64,000 nucleotides of DNA, from NCBI GenBank assembly GCA_010909165.1, contig VJWM01000235.1, positions 124,001-188,000 of the forward strand. Reading direction: 5' to 3'. The notes under the pieces are model-generated. The model saw only the letters and a list, made by a program, of their open reading frames with translations. It made no database searches and was not told the DNA's origin. Position numbers and translations under genes: made by a program. How positions within the stretch are numbered: the stretch's first letter is position 1; the number at the start of each line of letters is the position of its first letter. The DNA comes from Anthoceros angustus. Its lineage: Eukaryota; Plantae; Anthocerotophyta. Of this stretch, positions 33,921 through 46,642 are shown piece after piece.

Positions 33921-36593
33921 ATGGTGCGAGCGAGGCGTGATGGAATGGCTCGTCCGACTGGTAGCGATGGCGGGCAGGGAGAGGCATACTCGCTGGAGAA
34001 GTTCACGCTGTACGAGACGCGAGCCAGGTTCTATCTAGTGGGGAGGGACAAGCAGCGGCAGCACTGGCGAGTGCTCAAGATCGACCGCTCCGAGCCGGCG
34101 GAGCTCAACATCAGCGAGGACCCCGTCACCTACACGCAACAGGAATGCCTGGCCCTGCTCAAGCGCGTTGCCGACGGCAACAAGGCCACCGGCGGCCTCA
34201 CCCTCGTCACCAAGGCCTACGGGATCGTGGGATTTGTGAAATTTATGGAGTCCTACTACATGATCCTGGTGACAAAGCGGCGGCAGGTGGGCCGCCTTTG
34301 CGGCCACGCCATCTACGGCATCGAGGAGAAGCAGCTCATCACCGTGCCGCACTTCACCGTGCAGACGGACCTGGCGCACTCCAAGACCGAGCAGCGCTAC
34401 AAGAAGCTGCTCTCCGGGGTGGACCTTACCAAGGACTTCTTCTTCAGCTACACTTACAGGATTATGTCGTGCCTGCAGAGGAACGTGCAGGAGCAGCAGC
34501 CGGTTTACGATAACATGTTTGTGTGGAACGCCTTCCTCACCCGGGAGATCCGGGAGCGTCTCAACAACACGCACTGGACCGTGGCGCTGGTGCACGGCTC
34601 CTTCGAGCAGCAGAAGCTCTCTGTTTTCGGCCGCATTTTTGTCATCACGCTCATCGCGCGCCGATCCCGGCACTTTGCCGGGACCAGGTATCTCAAGCGC
34701 GGGGTGAACGACAACGGCCGGGTGGCTAATGATGTGGAGACGGAGCAGATTGTGCTGGATGAGGAGTCGGAGCTCATCTCGCCGATCGGCCACATGAGCT
34801 CTGTGGTGCAGAACAGGGGCTCCATTCCGCTGTTCTGGTCGCAGGAATCGTCCAGGCTTAGCCCTAAGCCGGACATCATACTGCAGCGCTATGATCCAAT
34901 CTACGAGGCTACCAGGCTGCACTTTGAAGATCTGGCCCGCCGGTATGGCAACCCTATCATCGTACTCAACTTGATCAAGACCGTGGAGAAAAGGCCTCGT
35001 GAGATGATGCTTCGCCGGGAGTTTGCCAACGCTGTGACCTATCTCAATCAGATTTTGCAGGGGGACAGCCGTCTGAAGTTCATTCACTGGGACTTCCACA
35101 AGTTTGCCAAGAGTAAGTCTGCAAACGTGCTCGCTGTCCTGGATGCTGTTGCAGGTGAGGCTCTGGATTTGACAGGAATTTTCTACACGGGCAAGCTGTC
35201 CGCGTCCAGGCAGCGGATGCAGCAACAGCGCTTGGCAGCTCACGCCAAGGATGCTGCGCTGCCAAGATCTACGATGCCATTCACTGACTTTGGACGCTCT
35301 TCTTCTTCTTCTGCGTTGGATACTGTGGGCTTGCCTAGCAGCAGCAACAGCAGTATCACTCGCTCAACTTTTAAGACGTATGGGAACCAAGATGAAGAAC
35401 GTATGCCTGAAGGAAGGGAACCCAGGTTCCAGAGTGGGGTGTTGCGGACAAATTGCATCGACTGCCTAGATCGTACTAATGTTGCACAGTATGCATATGG
35501 TTTGGCTGCCCTTGGCCGCCAGCTCTATGCGTTGCAGTTGTCTCACGTGCAAAAAGTGGACCCTGACAGTGATGTGGCTGGAGCATTGATGGATATGTAT
35601 CGGAACATGGGTGATGTTCTAGCTCTCCAGTATGGCGGATCTGAGGCTCACAACACTGTCTTTCCTGAGAGACAGGGAAAGTGGAAGGCGACTACACAGT
35701 CTCAGGAGTTTCTCAAGTCCATCAAACGATATTACAGCAATGCTTACACAGATGGTGAAAAGCAGGATGCGATGAATCTTTTCCTAGGTCTTTTCCAACC
35801 ACAAGAAGGGAAATCAGCCCTTTGGGAGCTAGATTCTGACTACTACCTTCATGTTGGAGGCTGTCAGGATGAATCTTCACGGGATGAATCTGGGAATGCT
35901 GCACAGCAACCGGTGACTTTGCAGCAGAATCCCTTTTGTGGGATACCCACGTTGTCAGCTCACGAAGAGGACTTCCACCGGCCTAAACTCACTTCCTTTG
36001 ACAAGCTTTTGCCGGCATGTGGCACAATAAAAAACGTGCGGATGTTCAGTGACCTTGAGGTGAAGCCCGGTACTCCAGCAGGAGTTTCTGGAACTGATGC
36101 TGCTGAAGTCCAGCTAAAAAGTCCCAACTGGCTGTTTGGGCAGCGTAAGCTTGAAGATCCTAGCACACAGTCTGTTCCGGAGTCTACACAGACTGCTCTA
36201 CAAAAGACCACTGTGGATCGTTTGGCTCCGCAATTTGATTGGTTGTCGTCGCCTGCTTTTCCTTATGTAGAAGACATGTACATGATTATCTCAGGAAACC
36301 ATAAACAGTATACCAACATGCTTTCTGGAGAAAGTCTTGAAGATACTGAAGCAAGTGTACATTATGCTCAGTACTGTCAGGGATCACTCGACTCCCTTGA
36401 TCTTCATGCGGAGGGCATAACTGATGATCTGAAGGACATTGCTCTTCTTGCAGAAGATGGATATGAGCTTGTGTATGATGCTATGGAAGCTGCACTTAAA
36501 GCGGACAGAGAACTTGGAGCAGAGTTGACAATGCCTGGTGGATGGGATCATCCTCACTCCAAGCTCATTTCTGAGTTGATGACTGATGGTTGA
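33921..36593 (+). CDS. SAC1: SAC-domain phosphoinositide phosphatase, FIG4/plant SAC1-5 subgroup, intronless, 890 aa
   Basis: Uninterrupted ORF with 'DLTKDFFFSYTY', 'ARRSRHFAGTRYLKRGVN', 'VANDVETEQIV', 'RGSIPLFWSQ' and the catalytic CX5RT motif 'RTNCIDCLDRTN'. Confidence 0.96.
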   Translation: MVRARRDGMARPTGSDGGQGEAYSLEKFTLYETRARFYLVGRDKQRQHWRVLKIDRSEPAELNISEDPVTYTQQECLALLKRVADGNKATGGLTLVTKAYGIVGFVKFMESYYMILVTKRRQVGRLCGHAIYGIEEKQLITVPHFTVQTDLAHSKTEQRYKKLLSGVDLTKDFFFSYTYRIMSCLQRNVQEQQPVYDNMFVWNAFLTREIRERLNNTHWTVALVHGSFEQQKLSVFGRIFVITLIARRSRHFAGTRYLKRGVNDNGRVANDVETEQIVLDEESELISPIGHMSSVVQNRGSIPLFWSQESSRLSPKPDIILQRYDPIYEATRLHFEDLARRYGNPIIVLNLIKTVEKRPREMMLRREFANAVTYLNQILQGDSRLKFIHWDFHKFAKSKSANVLAVLDAVAGEALDLTGIFYTGKLSASRQRMQQQRLAAHAKDAALPRSTMPFTDFGRSSSSSALDTVGLPSSSNSSITRSTFKTYGNQDEERMPEGREPRFQSGVLRTNCIDCLDRTNVAQYAYGLAALGRQLYALQLSHVQKVDPDSDVAGALMDMYRNMGDVLALQYGGSEAHNTVFPERQGKWKATTQSQEFLKSIKRYYSNAYTDGEKQDAMNLFLGLFQPQEGKSALWELDSDYYLHVGGCQDESSRDESGNAAQQPVTLQQNPFCGIPTLSAHEEDFHRPKLTSFDKLLPACGTIKNVRMFSDLEVKPGTPAGVSGTDAAEVQLKSPNWLFGQRKLEDPSTQSVPESTQTALQKTTVDRLAPQFDWLSSPAFPYVEDMYMIISGNHKQYTNMLSGESLEDTEASVHYAQYCQGSLDSLDLHAEGITDDLKDIALLAEDGYELVYDAMEAALKADRELGAELTMPGGWDHPHSKLISELMTDG

Positions 36594-37225
36594 ACTTGTT
36601 ATTTGGTCGGAGAGAGGATTTATGCCAGCATGTGGACTGAAGAGACGTCCTCTATCATGGCATGTGGGGATAGAGGACGTCCAGTGGATTGTCTCGTCAT
36701 TGAAGCTCTAGCGGGGCATCAGGGGCTTTAGTCTTTGAGTAAGAGCTTTGATTTCAGAGAACCCCAGGTATCCTATCTTCATGGAGGGAGCGATGCCCAT
36801 TGGATAAGCGTTGTCGGTTCGTCCGCAACGTGGGCAGGAGCCCGCAGAGGAAGTATATAAGGTTTAGCAATTTTACTGAACTCCGCAGATTTGTTTCTGC
36901 ACATGTACATTTCAAAGATGCTTGTATCTGCTGACGCTTGAGAGCGAGGAGGACAACGCACCCTGTATTCTTGGCTTTGTGACGTAAATCACCGAGAGGA
37001 AAGATCACAAGTACCACTCTCTCACAGCTGTGGCGATACGAATTCAGGAAGAACAGAACAGGTTTGCAGCGAAGGCTGAGCTGTACTGGCGGAAAGGGTT
37101 ATGTGACGCAAGTGGGAGAGGAAATTGTTTGAATGGAAAAACCAGCTGCCAACGAGTTCAAATTGTGAGATGTTTTTTGTTACAAAAGATTATCTAAACA
37201 AGTACATATGTGCAAGTTAGCTATG

Positions 37226-39856
37226 CTATCGGCTGTGCCTCATACAAAATTCTGCCGCCAGTATTTGCTGCTCTTTCTGCAGCAAATCCCCTTGAATGCC
37301 CTGAAAAAAGTCCATAAAACAATTTTACTCTCCCAGACAAGACACGCAGCAACTTCGCTCACAGTTTTGGATGGTATACTTCCAAAGTACAGCCCTGAAA
37401 CGCACTCACATATTTTGTAAGTCGACATCGAACTGAGTGTTGCATAACTATCCCCGCTACAACAGACACGCTTAATGCGTCTTCCATTCCGACCATGGGT
37501 ATGCTACAGCGTATGTCTGAGGATAGTATTGCTTCATGACTGGGGCCCCTGCGCATAGACAAGGCGACAACCATTTAATGGTGAGCTTGAAACAGCTGGA
37601 AAGGTGAGTCCATGAAGTATAGTTACCTGCTTTCGTTGCCTAGAATCACGGCTGTGGGTACAGTCCAGTCCATGTCATGTATTGACACCTGCAAAGATAA
37701 CGACCGCAAATAAGCAACCTATGTCAATGAGGAAAAGGCTTAGCTAAGAATTAAACAGAAGAATTCCAACTACAGGCAGTACAGATAAGAATGAAAGTAG
37801 GTGCTGAACTGAGTCTGCTGCAACATGTGTCACCGCTATTCGATATCCGCGACTCCGAAGCGTTGTAATACACTCCCTAGTAGAGTCCCACGTTTCAACA
37901 TCTAACCACTTCTCTACATTATCAACAGATTTCCGCAGCTTTTTGGACCTGAATGAAGCGGTTAAGTTAGAACAGATACCAGAACGACAAAGCAATGAAA
38001 GCCGCAGAATCATCCATTGGGGTTCCCTGTTACTTTTCTCCAAGAAAAGCCTACATACAAAAGCAATCAGAAGCAACTGCACCTGTTCTTTTGGCAGCTG
38101 GGGATCATATGCACTGATTGGATTCCAAACGCATCAGCAGACTTGAACACCGAAGAGACACTGCTGGGGTCAAGCAAACCCTCCAGCACAATGCAGATGG
38201 TGTACGTGCGGTTACCTACAACGCTTTCAATTTTCTTCCTACGGCCTGCAACAAGAAAGGAGTCTAGTTTCTCTAGGATTGCTTTGCTCGTCAGTGAGCC
38301 TTCCTCCTCATTCAGCTTGAACTCATCTGCGTAAGGGAACCACCTTTTCCTTACAGTGCCAGCATCGTTCCCTGCATTACGAGGCCTTGCTTCCTTTGAG
38401 GCAGAGGTATCATCCCCTTGAATAGCTGCATCTACGAGACCACAGGCACTGCTGTTCAAGTTTATAGAGCTCCGCCCGCACTCATTTCCACTGCCATAAA
38501 GCATAAAACCTCCAGTATGCAAGCTTCCTCTTAGAACTAAAGCATCAGTGTATCTACAACCTGCTGACATGCATACGACATCTCCTGTGCTGGGAGGGAA
38601 CAAGACGCTTGCATTACCGCTGCCCCCAAGAAAACCTACATCCTTGCTGCCAGATTGCTCTGAGCATCTACGATTTAGACACGCTTCCTGTCGCTCCTGC
38701 GGATTGCTGCCCACACCTGCTGCTGTTTGCCTTTCACAAGTTCCAGAAAGGAGCATGGCCTCCTCTGCTCCCCCGTCATCCCGAAACAAAGCACTCCCGA
38801 CCAGTGTCACCGTGCGTGATAGTCCGTCGTCGGTTCCGCTCGGCAGATCGTTTCCCGACAGGGCGCTTCTGCAGACGCTCTCCCTCACATCATTCCCACT
38901 GCAAGATACGCTTTTACTGCTATCCACGATCCCCTGCACGTGGTCGACAGCTCGAGTCTCGTCCCCAGGTCGAAATCCTGTCCCTCCGGATAATGTCGAA
39001 CACAAAACCTCCTGATGACCGTTCCTGGCAGGCCCCCCTTCTTGTTCGTCCCCGAACAAAAGCCTGTGTGCGTCGAAATCCAAATTGCAGACACCTTCCG
39101 TGGCACCTGTTTCAGGCGCAGTGCAATAGTTGCTTCGTCTCTCGTCCAACGTTTCGCTCCCACCTTCACCTTCAGAAGCCTAACAACCCATCAGAACCGT
39201 GATCAACGCAACAAAACAAGACCACACATACTGGAAACCCGAAGGTGGGCGCCCCCAAGCCACCACTCACAGTAGGTGGAGTCATCCTTGCGCCTCACCC
39301 TGCGCAATTGCAGCGCAGCGGAGTCCAGGGAATTGAGCGCAGCGCGGACCTTGCGCCGGGACACCCTGTGATTGGTGGCCCTGAGCGCCGCTTGGCACTT
39401 CCTGATGCCCCAGCACGAGCCATTATCCTCCAAAGGCACCACCTCCCGCAGTTGATCCAACACATCGGTGAGGGGGGACTTGTCATACACGCCCCCCCAG
39501 CTGGCATCTTTCATCATGTACCTCCGCAGAGTGTTGCGATGCACGCGCAAGCCTGCCGCAATGTGGCTGAATCTGATTCCGGACTTGAGCCTGGTTTCGA
39601 CGTGCGCCTTCAGCTCTGCCAACGACATTTTGTCCAAAGGAAATCCTCGATTGCTGTCCACGGCAGGCCTGCCTGCTCCGCCACCGGCTCCGGCTCGGGC
39701 AGTGCGCGACGGGTCCATATTGTCCCGGTTGGACTTCAAGCCGAGAGTCTCCAGCTCCGCATCCGGGGCCCTCGGCAGCGTGTCGTCACGCTCGGCGCCA
39801 TCGCCATCCATGACAGCCTCATCGCACGCTCCCCTTCTCCGCTCGCATTTGAACAT
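37226..39856 (-). CDS. SpoU/TrmH-family (SPOUT) RNA methyltransferase-fold protein with a long N-terminal extension and a probable HTH first exon, about 6 coding exons
   Basis: Approximate exons: 39856-39271 (or 39299), 39179 (or 39169)-38084, 37948-37810, 37689-37628, 37547-37411, 37300-37226. Motifs 'ICIVLEGLLDP...SADAFG', 'PTAVILGNE', 'CSIPMVGM...VSV'. GT-AG boundaries are visible. The link between exon 1 and the SpoU part is inferred. Confidence 0.8.
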
Positions 39857-40145
39857 CCGCTGCGAGCTTCCTCAATCCTCAATTCACGACACAGGGAATG
39901 GAGGTAGGTACCTTAGGGCAGACGATGTAGACTATGTATACACACAAAGAGCTCAAATGTCGTCATGTGAGTGCCATCAAAACCCGGTAACAGGGCGGGC
40001 CGGTCAAGTAACGCGCGGGTTCCAACCTCAGGTTGCATCCAGCCCGTTGTCTCCAAGCAAATGATAAAATACGTCCACCGCAGCAAGCCAACAGACTGAC
40101 GATGTACGGCAGTGAAGGTGGTACATAAATAGCTGCTCCTCCTAC

Positions 40146-43100
40146 CTAGCCTCTAGGGTTTCGCCTTACGCCGGGTGATCTCTTGCCGGGCTCACCGGTA
40201 GCACTCTTGGATCCATTGGTGGCCAAGTTCTCTTGATCTGCAGCTCGCACTCTTCGTTGCACATCGTCTGCATACTTCCTCCACCACGACTCGCGCTCCC
40301 GACGGGGAGTCCTGGAATATCTCGCGTCCGCTTTCAGCAACTTCTTGGCGTCTGTCCACGACGTGAGAATATTTCTTCCAGCATCCAGCTGTTTCGTCGC
40401 AGCATCCAATGTGATGACATCCGCAAGCAGAAGGCGGTATTCACGGACGGCACGCTGTTGGCAGTAAATACGAGGGTTACCGATAGCAGACTCAAAAAGG
40501 GAGGAGGAAAATAGCAGCGTGAGGGGGGGGAGTAAAAATACCACATAGAGGTCATTGACATGCTCTCGGAACAGTCTCTCTCGCTCTCCAAAATCGAGCT
40601 CGGGATTCGATGCACGCCCTTGCGGATCCTTACCCAATTTCAGTCTCGCTTCTGTCCATGACGCCTGATACACATGCGCAATTGGAAGGCCTTGAGAGGA
40701 TGATTCCACTAGCACCTGGCACTAAATACTAGAACACCTTCACGGTAATATTACCTCAGGGTCCTTGATTTTTTCCGTAAGAAGAGTTTGGAACCCACTG
40801 ATTGCCTCTTTCCGCCGTGCCTTGGACCTGACCCTTTCCACCTCTTGTTCCTCACGCTCTTTCCTCTTACGCAACTCGCGATCCCTCTCTTTTAGCTTTT
40901 CCTGAAACCCACCAAGTCGAAGTGTCAACCAAATGCCAGGGAGACTACCAGAAATCAATCACGCACGACTGTTAGTTGACGCCCGTGGAGCAATAGATCT
41001 AACATGAAACCGAGTAAGCTCAGAATCCACGAACATGACTCATCGTACGGAAACTGAAAAATTTTACACAGAGGACAAGTGCCTGTGAGTAGTTGCTGAC
41101 CTCCTCATCCCTTTTCAACTTCGCAGCCCTCTCACTTTCCTGTTCAGCAGCACGCAACTCCCCTACATATGCGTTGAACAGAACCTCTCTATCTTCTCGC
41201 TTTATTGCTCTGCACCTTGGGTCATGACGCAGGCTGTCCTTCACCTACAGGAGGCGAATCCTTCCTCACTGAGTGCTCGTACTCTACCAAAAAAAAAAAA
41301 AAATCAGCTGCGTTCCACCGTCAAGAACTTCGGTTCGTACCTTGGACCACCGAGTGCCTGTGTTGATATCCCCTCCCTTTTCAAGAAGCATGGCCTTGAA
41401 GCCAGTTACAGCAGCTGCAAGCTCAGACTTCACTCTTTCCTCTTCGGCTTTCCGCAAGGGCAAAACTCTAAATCAACAACAGGTCCAACACACCATATTT
41501 TAAATCGCTGTCATAATGGTCCCCATAGCACACAAACCAGGAGTGTCTACAGGCATGAGAGTGAAAACACCATAGACTAAGCGGATCGCTAATTTCAAGA
41601 ACCGTCCAAAACAAGCAAGCAAGCAAAGGTCAAGGGTTGCCCAGCAGACCAGATTATCCATTCAACATGTCCGCGTCAGGCTCGAAGCCCCACTCAGATT
41701 GTATTAGCTCATGGCACGGGTTGAGACACTAGAACGGTGATAAAAGACGGAACTATACCTGTAGTCATATATGCCTCGGCGAATCGCAAAGTATGACAGG
41801 ATTCACCTTGGTATGCGACATGTCTTATCAACCACATAACATTAAGCAACCAATGTCAGCCATCCACACAACTGGCTGGTAAGAAACTTCAAGAACCAAC
41901 AAATAGCCAATACTGACTCAGACTCCCCAGCAACTGGTAGTTGGCATGATGCCAGCTTACATTTGCTGGGGTTCTTCACTCCTGGAAATGGCTGTCACTT
42001 AACTCTGACTATAAGTCTCCATAATGCAAGATTAGTCCCTTCTCAAGCTCATGTCTGACATTGATTGGAAGGACCCTCGACCCAGGTAAACCTAACTGGG
42101 GGTTGATGTGCACCTCTCCTGAAGCAAAGCCTCCCGATCCTTGCGGTCCAGAGCCTGAAACCTTGGGTCACCACTCCACACCTTCGCAAAACTTTCATAT
42201 TCTGTGGCATGGTTCATTTCCTGCATCCACAGCCAAAATGCAGCTACATTAGTAACGGCATTCACTGCATCGGTTGGCAGCCTGTAGTCCATCAGTGCTG
42301 TGATGAAGGTCGTCTACGGCTTGGCACAACCAATCTCCCACTACCATGCAATAAATTTGTTCTCTTCCTTACGGTAGGCAGATTGCAATATCAAAGCAAA
42401 CTCAGAAGTGCTACCTACCAGATGGCAGTAAACAAACAATTGAGCTTAACCTCATCATCCATCTCCATTTGGTATAAGGACTAGAAGAAGCATGATTGCA
42501 ACATGAAAGGTTACTGACTGCCCAGATTACATGGACAATTTGAACTTCAACAAGGGAAAAGCAAAGCCGTGTCTTGAAACTTAACACCAGATTGAGCTCC
42601 CTGCACACTGACATGTACCAGAGACCACTACGATGCACCTACAGCATGCTAGCAGTCATCACCAAGAATATCCCTTTTTGGGCTCAGGTATTGTAACCAC
42701 CTTTGCTGCTTCATCCAGAAGAAGTTTGAAGCCTTTAATGGCAGCTTTTTGAGCAGCTCGTTTCTCCTTGCGCTCCTCATCTGCTCGAGTTCTCACATAG
42801 TGCTCAAAAATTGAGCGACGCTCTGTGTAGCTTGGTATCGCCTGAAAGCGTGAGCAGATGGGTTAGTGTCTCATGCTGTTGTCAGAGATTGAAATTCTGG
42901 ACAATATCCCAGAACATAGTAATACCTTGAAGCGAACATCAAAAATTATTTTGGGCAGCTCCTTCTCCCACTTCGAAAAGGGGGCAACCCCCTTTTCTTT
43001 GAGCATGTCCTAGTGAAGCAAACCCAACTTATCAGGGACACTATGGTGTTGGCGAAAGGAGCACACTATGGAACCAGGCACCTTCCACAGATGCAGTACC

Positions 43101-45753
43101 CCATCAGAACTTTGCAATGTTGTTTTGCCAGCAGAAGTACCTTGAATTGTACAATACGTTCCTCCTTTGTTGGACCAGGGTCCTCATCATCGCTTTCAGA
43201 AGAACTGTCTGATGATGCTGACTTCTCTTTGCCAGATTCCACCGCTAGTCCTTTTCCACTGTGCACCTCTGGTGCCAAAGTGCCATTAGTGCCTGCTATG
43301 GGATTCACGGCAACAGGAGATCCTACATCTTGTAGTTTTTTCTTGATAAGGTCAAGAGCTGATGATCCCATGACTGTTACAACTCCTTTGTGTCCAACAG
43401 CCTCACGTCCTCCTGATGCAGCTGCAGGCACGCTGAGACTAAAAGATACATTGTTCTTCTCAGATGCAGCTGCCAAAGCCACCCCTGCTTCAGTGGCCCG
43501 CCTTGAGGAAACTTCCTCAGCTTGACCTTTCCGCAGCTGTGCTACCTCTTGTGGTATTTGCCAACTTGTAACCTAGAGATGAACCATCAAAGGTTCAGAA
43601 CAGATGGTGCTGACATACACAAGAAACCACTCTAACGAAAAGTCAGCAACAGCTACTGGAGTATACGTAGCCCATACAGAACTATACAGATGAACTGGAA
43701 GGTAACAGAACACCTATCAGCGGTCTTGGCAACCACACCTGACTTCTGGTATTAAAGTAGTACTTCTTTGAGTCATTTGTGTTAACAAGTGCCCAGTCTG
43801 TCCCTGTTATACGCTCCCTGCAAAAAAATGAAGAGCCCCATTACAGGAAGTTCAGCAGGGTACGTAAAAGCGTACCAACAGGCATATGACCACCATCAGT
43901 TCAGCACTCAAAAAGGCTGTATATTCACAGCAGAATGGTCACCAAGACACCTGTTTTGAAAACGCTATGAACAACACTCAGGCTCAAAGACACAGAAACA
44001 TGCCAACCATGGGAGAGGAATACAATCTACAACCTTCAAGGCTGACATCTTCCCTACAACTCCAACAGATTCACATCCATGTTACTGTCCCTTGCTTTCT
44101 CTTGCCAAAGATGAGCGGTCAAATCAAGCCCTACTTTCTTGACAAAAATTGTTTGGAAAATTAGCACTTTCGAATCCAGGCCAGAGAAAAAACGAAGTGC
44201 GATTAATCACCATGACACTGGCGTAGGCTGAGCTGTTACTTTATCCACCTGCACATAGTCCGTGTATAAGTTTCAAAGTAGCTAGAAGGTTTCATACGTA
44301 ACCCATTTGAAGAAAACAATTCAACAATAGATAGAAGAGAACGGTGGGAACCATGCAGGAGGTGGTAAAGATGCATGCAACCCACACGTACCTCCCCCGT
44401 GAAGCCTGCCGGTTTCTCATACGTAGAATCCCCGGAGACTGAGTTGTAATAATAAACTCTACCATCTGCAGTCCTGTGTGCAGACCATTCCTCCTCAAGA
44501 CTCGGAGCTTCAACCAACCGATCCTTCTCTGCAGGGGAACCCTGCTCGGTAGAAAAGCCATTTTCTACATCTGCACCGAGGTCATTAATGATATCACTAT
44601 TTTCATCCGGACTTGGAGCTGCAGAGCTTGATGGGAGTTGAGAAGCCAGGCCCGGTGCACTAGCAGTGATGGAAGAAACAGTCGTGACATCCTTTCGTCC
44701 ATGCTGGACAGAAGTCGAGGTTGTCGTAATGGGAGCCGGTTGGCTCCCCCATGCATTGGATGAATTAAGAGGCATCCCAACATGAGATTGTTTACCCTGG
44801 GAAGGAAGTAAACTGGAAGGACTCTCTTGGTATGGACCTGGTTGCCGTGAGGGCCTGCTGAAAGGTATCTGGTATCCAGAGTAGGGTCCAAAAGGGAGAT
44901 AAGGCTGTGGTTGCCCTGCCGACTGCTGATTCAATATCCACGGAGGCATCTGAGGAGGACCTAGGGGACCGCCAGGGGGATAATTCGGAAAAGAGGACTG
45001 AGGCGGGGACGGTCCAGAAGCAGCTCCCGAGGACTGAGTCATTCCAACACTTAGCGGAGCTGAAGGAGGCAAGGCTGAGCCTGATCCCGCTATCACAGTC
45101 TCTGCGGAAGTCCGGGCACCTACGGCTGCAGAAGGAGTCCCTGGTTGGATTGCCTGCAAAGTAGACCATCTATTTCCCAAAAAAGCACCTGATGGCGGAA
45201 GGTATGACCCAGCTTGACCTGGGCGACCGTAGATACCCGGCTGCACAGTCGCCGCAGAAAATCCCTGCAACTGTAAAATCAGATATTAGTATCCAGTTCG
45301 CCGTGGAGTCCAGTAAGCCCTCATCATCAAAGCAGCACCAGGTGAGAGCCTTACTGACGCCGGCTGTCCAGACCCAGTGGTGGCCTGCCCTGGGGGCATT
45401 GATGGCTGCCCGGAAGCTCTTTGCGCTTGGCCAGGAGCCACAATCGGCTGACCAGGTGGTAGTGCAGGTTGTCCTGACCCCTGAGACGCATGAGAAGCAG
45501 AACCAGGGGACAATGATGCGCCAGGAACCAGAGACTGCTGATTAGGTAATAGGGAATTTGTGCTCATGTCACTGAAATCTCTGCAAGACGTAGCTGGTGT
45601 CTCTGTGAAGGTGACGGATGACGCACCAAACTGAGGGCGCAGATGGCCATGTACCGGCGTTTGTCCTGCACTGCTCCCGTGCTGCATATCTGCCAGAGTT
45701 GTTTGTATCCCCAACGACTGTGCGGCCCGCGCCTGCCAGGCAGGAGCGGCCAT
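40146..45753 (-). CDS. PRP40C: Pre-mRNA-processing protein 40C (TCERG1-like; 2 WW plus several FF domains), multi-exon
   Basis: P/S/G-rich N-terminus. WW1 'WSAHRTADGRVYYYNSVSGDSTYEKP'. WW2 'TDWALVNTNDSKKYYFNTRS'. FF repeats 'MLKEKGVAPFSKWEKELPKIIFDVRFK', 'DPRFQALDRKDREALL', 'SWTEARLKLGKDPQGRA', 'SWTDAKKLLKADARY'. The start codon is inferred. Confidence 0.92.
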
Positions 45754-45894
45754 GCCCGAGCAGTCAGGCAAGAAACTCCAAACCTCTGTGATTAAGTCGG
45801 ATCAACAGCATTTACGGACATCCGCGTCAGCTCTGTCGCGGTGCAAGACCGGGACAACTTGTCCAACTTCCTTCCAATGGTATCTCTGCCACAC

Positions 45895-45962
45895 AATTGT
45901 TCTCAAACACATCCCACAAATGTGCTCAAACACATCCCACAAATGTGCTCAAACACATCCAC
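45895..45962. repeat. 24 bp tandem repeat x3 upstream of PRP40C
   Basis: TGTGCTCAAACACATCCCACAAA repeated three times, the first and last imperfect. Confidence 0.85.
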
Positions 45963-46364
45963 CAATTTCCTCGTAGAATTGCCCTCGCAACAGAAGCCAA
46001 AACAATTTAGGTTCAGCCTATCCAAAAGGTATGGGTTCACTTTTGTTAGGCACTAGATATTATAATTCTAAAAAGAATAAATACAAGTCCAAGATTTATT
46101 GAATTCGATAGAGACTGAAATAAACTCATATCATACTAGTACCTACCCACAAACTAAGAAGGTGTGAGCGGAAAAAACAGGTGGTATTTATGGTAGATAT
46201 AATTTTTTATTTAATAATTTATATATATTGATGATTGTTGAGGAAGTGTTATTTGTTTACACTTCTCTTATTAATGTTCTTTTTGAATATCGTTCTTATT
46301 GAAGACTTTTGAAAATACAACAATTAGAGTACCTGAACAATCTATGAAGCGTTAGGGACAATTC

Positions 46365-46642
46365 GTATGATGGAAAGTTACACAAGGCAAATCAAGTCAC
46401 GCAAACAACAATATGCAACATGAGAGATCCTTATAAGGGAAGGGCTGCAAATAACTAAGCCTCTTTTAGGAGAAGAGAAGAGGGAACTTGGGCTACACAT
46501 GGCGTGGTATGATGGAAAGTTACACAAGGCAAATCAAGTCACGCAAACAACAATATGCAACATGAGAGATCCTTATAAGGGAAGGGCTGCAAATAACTAA
46601 GCCTCTTTTAGGAGAAGAGAAGAGGGAACTTGGGCTACACAT
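46365..46642. repeat. Perfect 136 bp direct duplication (period 142 bp)
   Basis: 46365-46500 equals 46507-46642. A separate 44 bp duplication follows at ~46726-46814. Confidence 0.92.

Noticed and set aside
34035-35243. 402 aa antisense ORF overlapping the SAC gene
   Set aside because: Shadow ORF expected from high GC3 on the sense strand. It ends where GC falls and has no recognisable motif.
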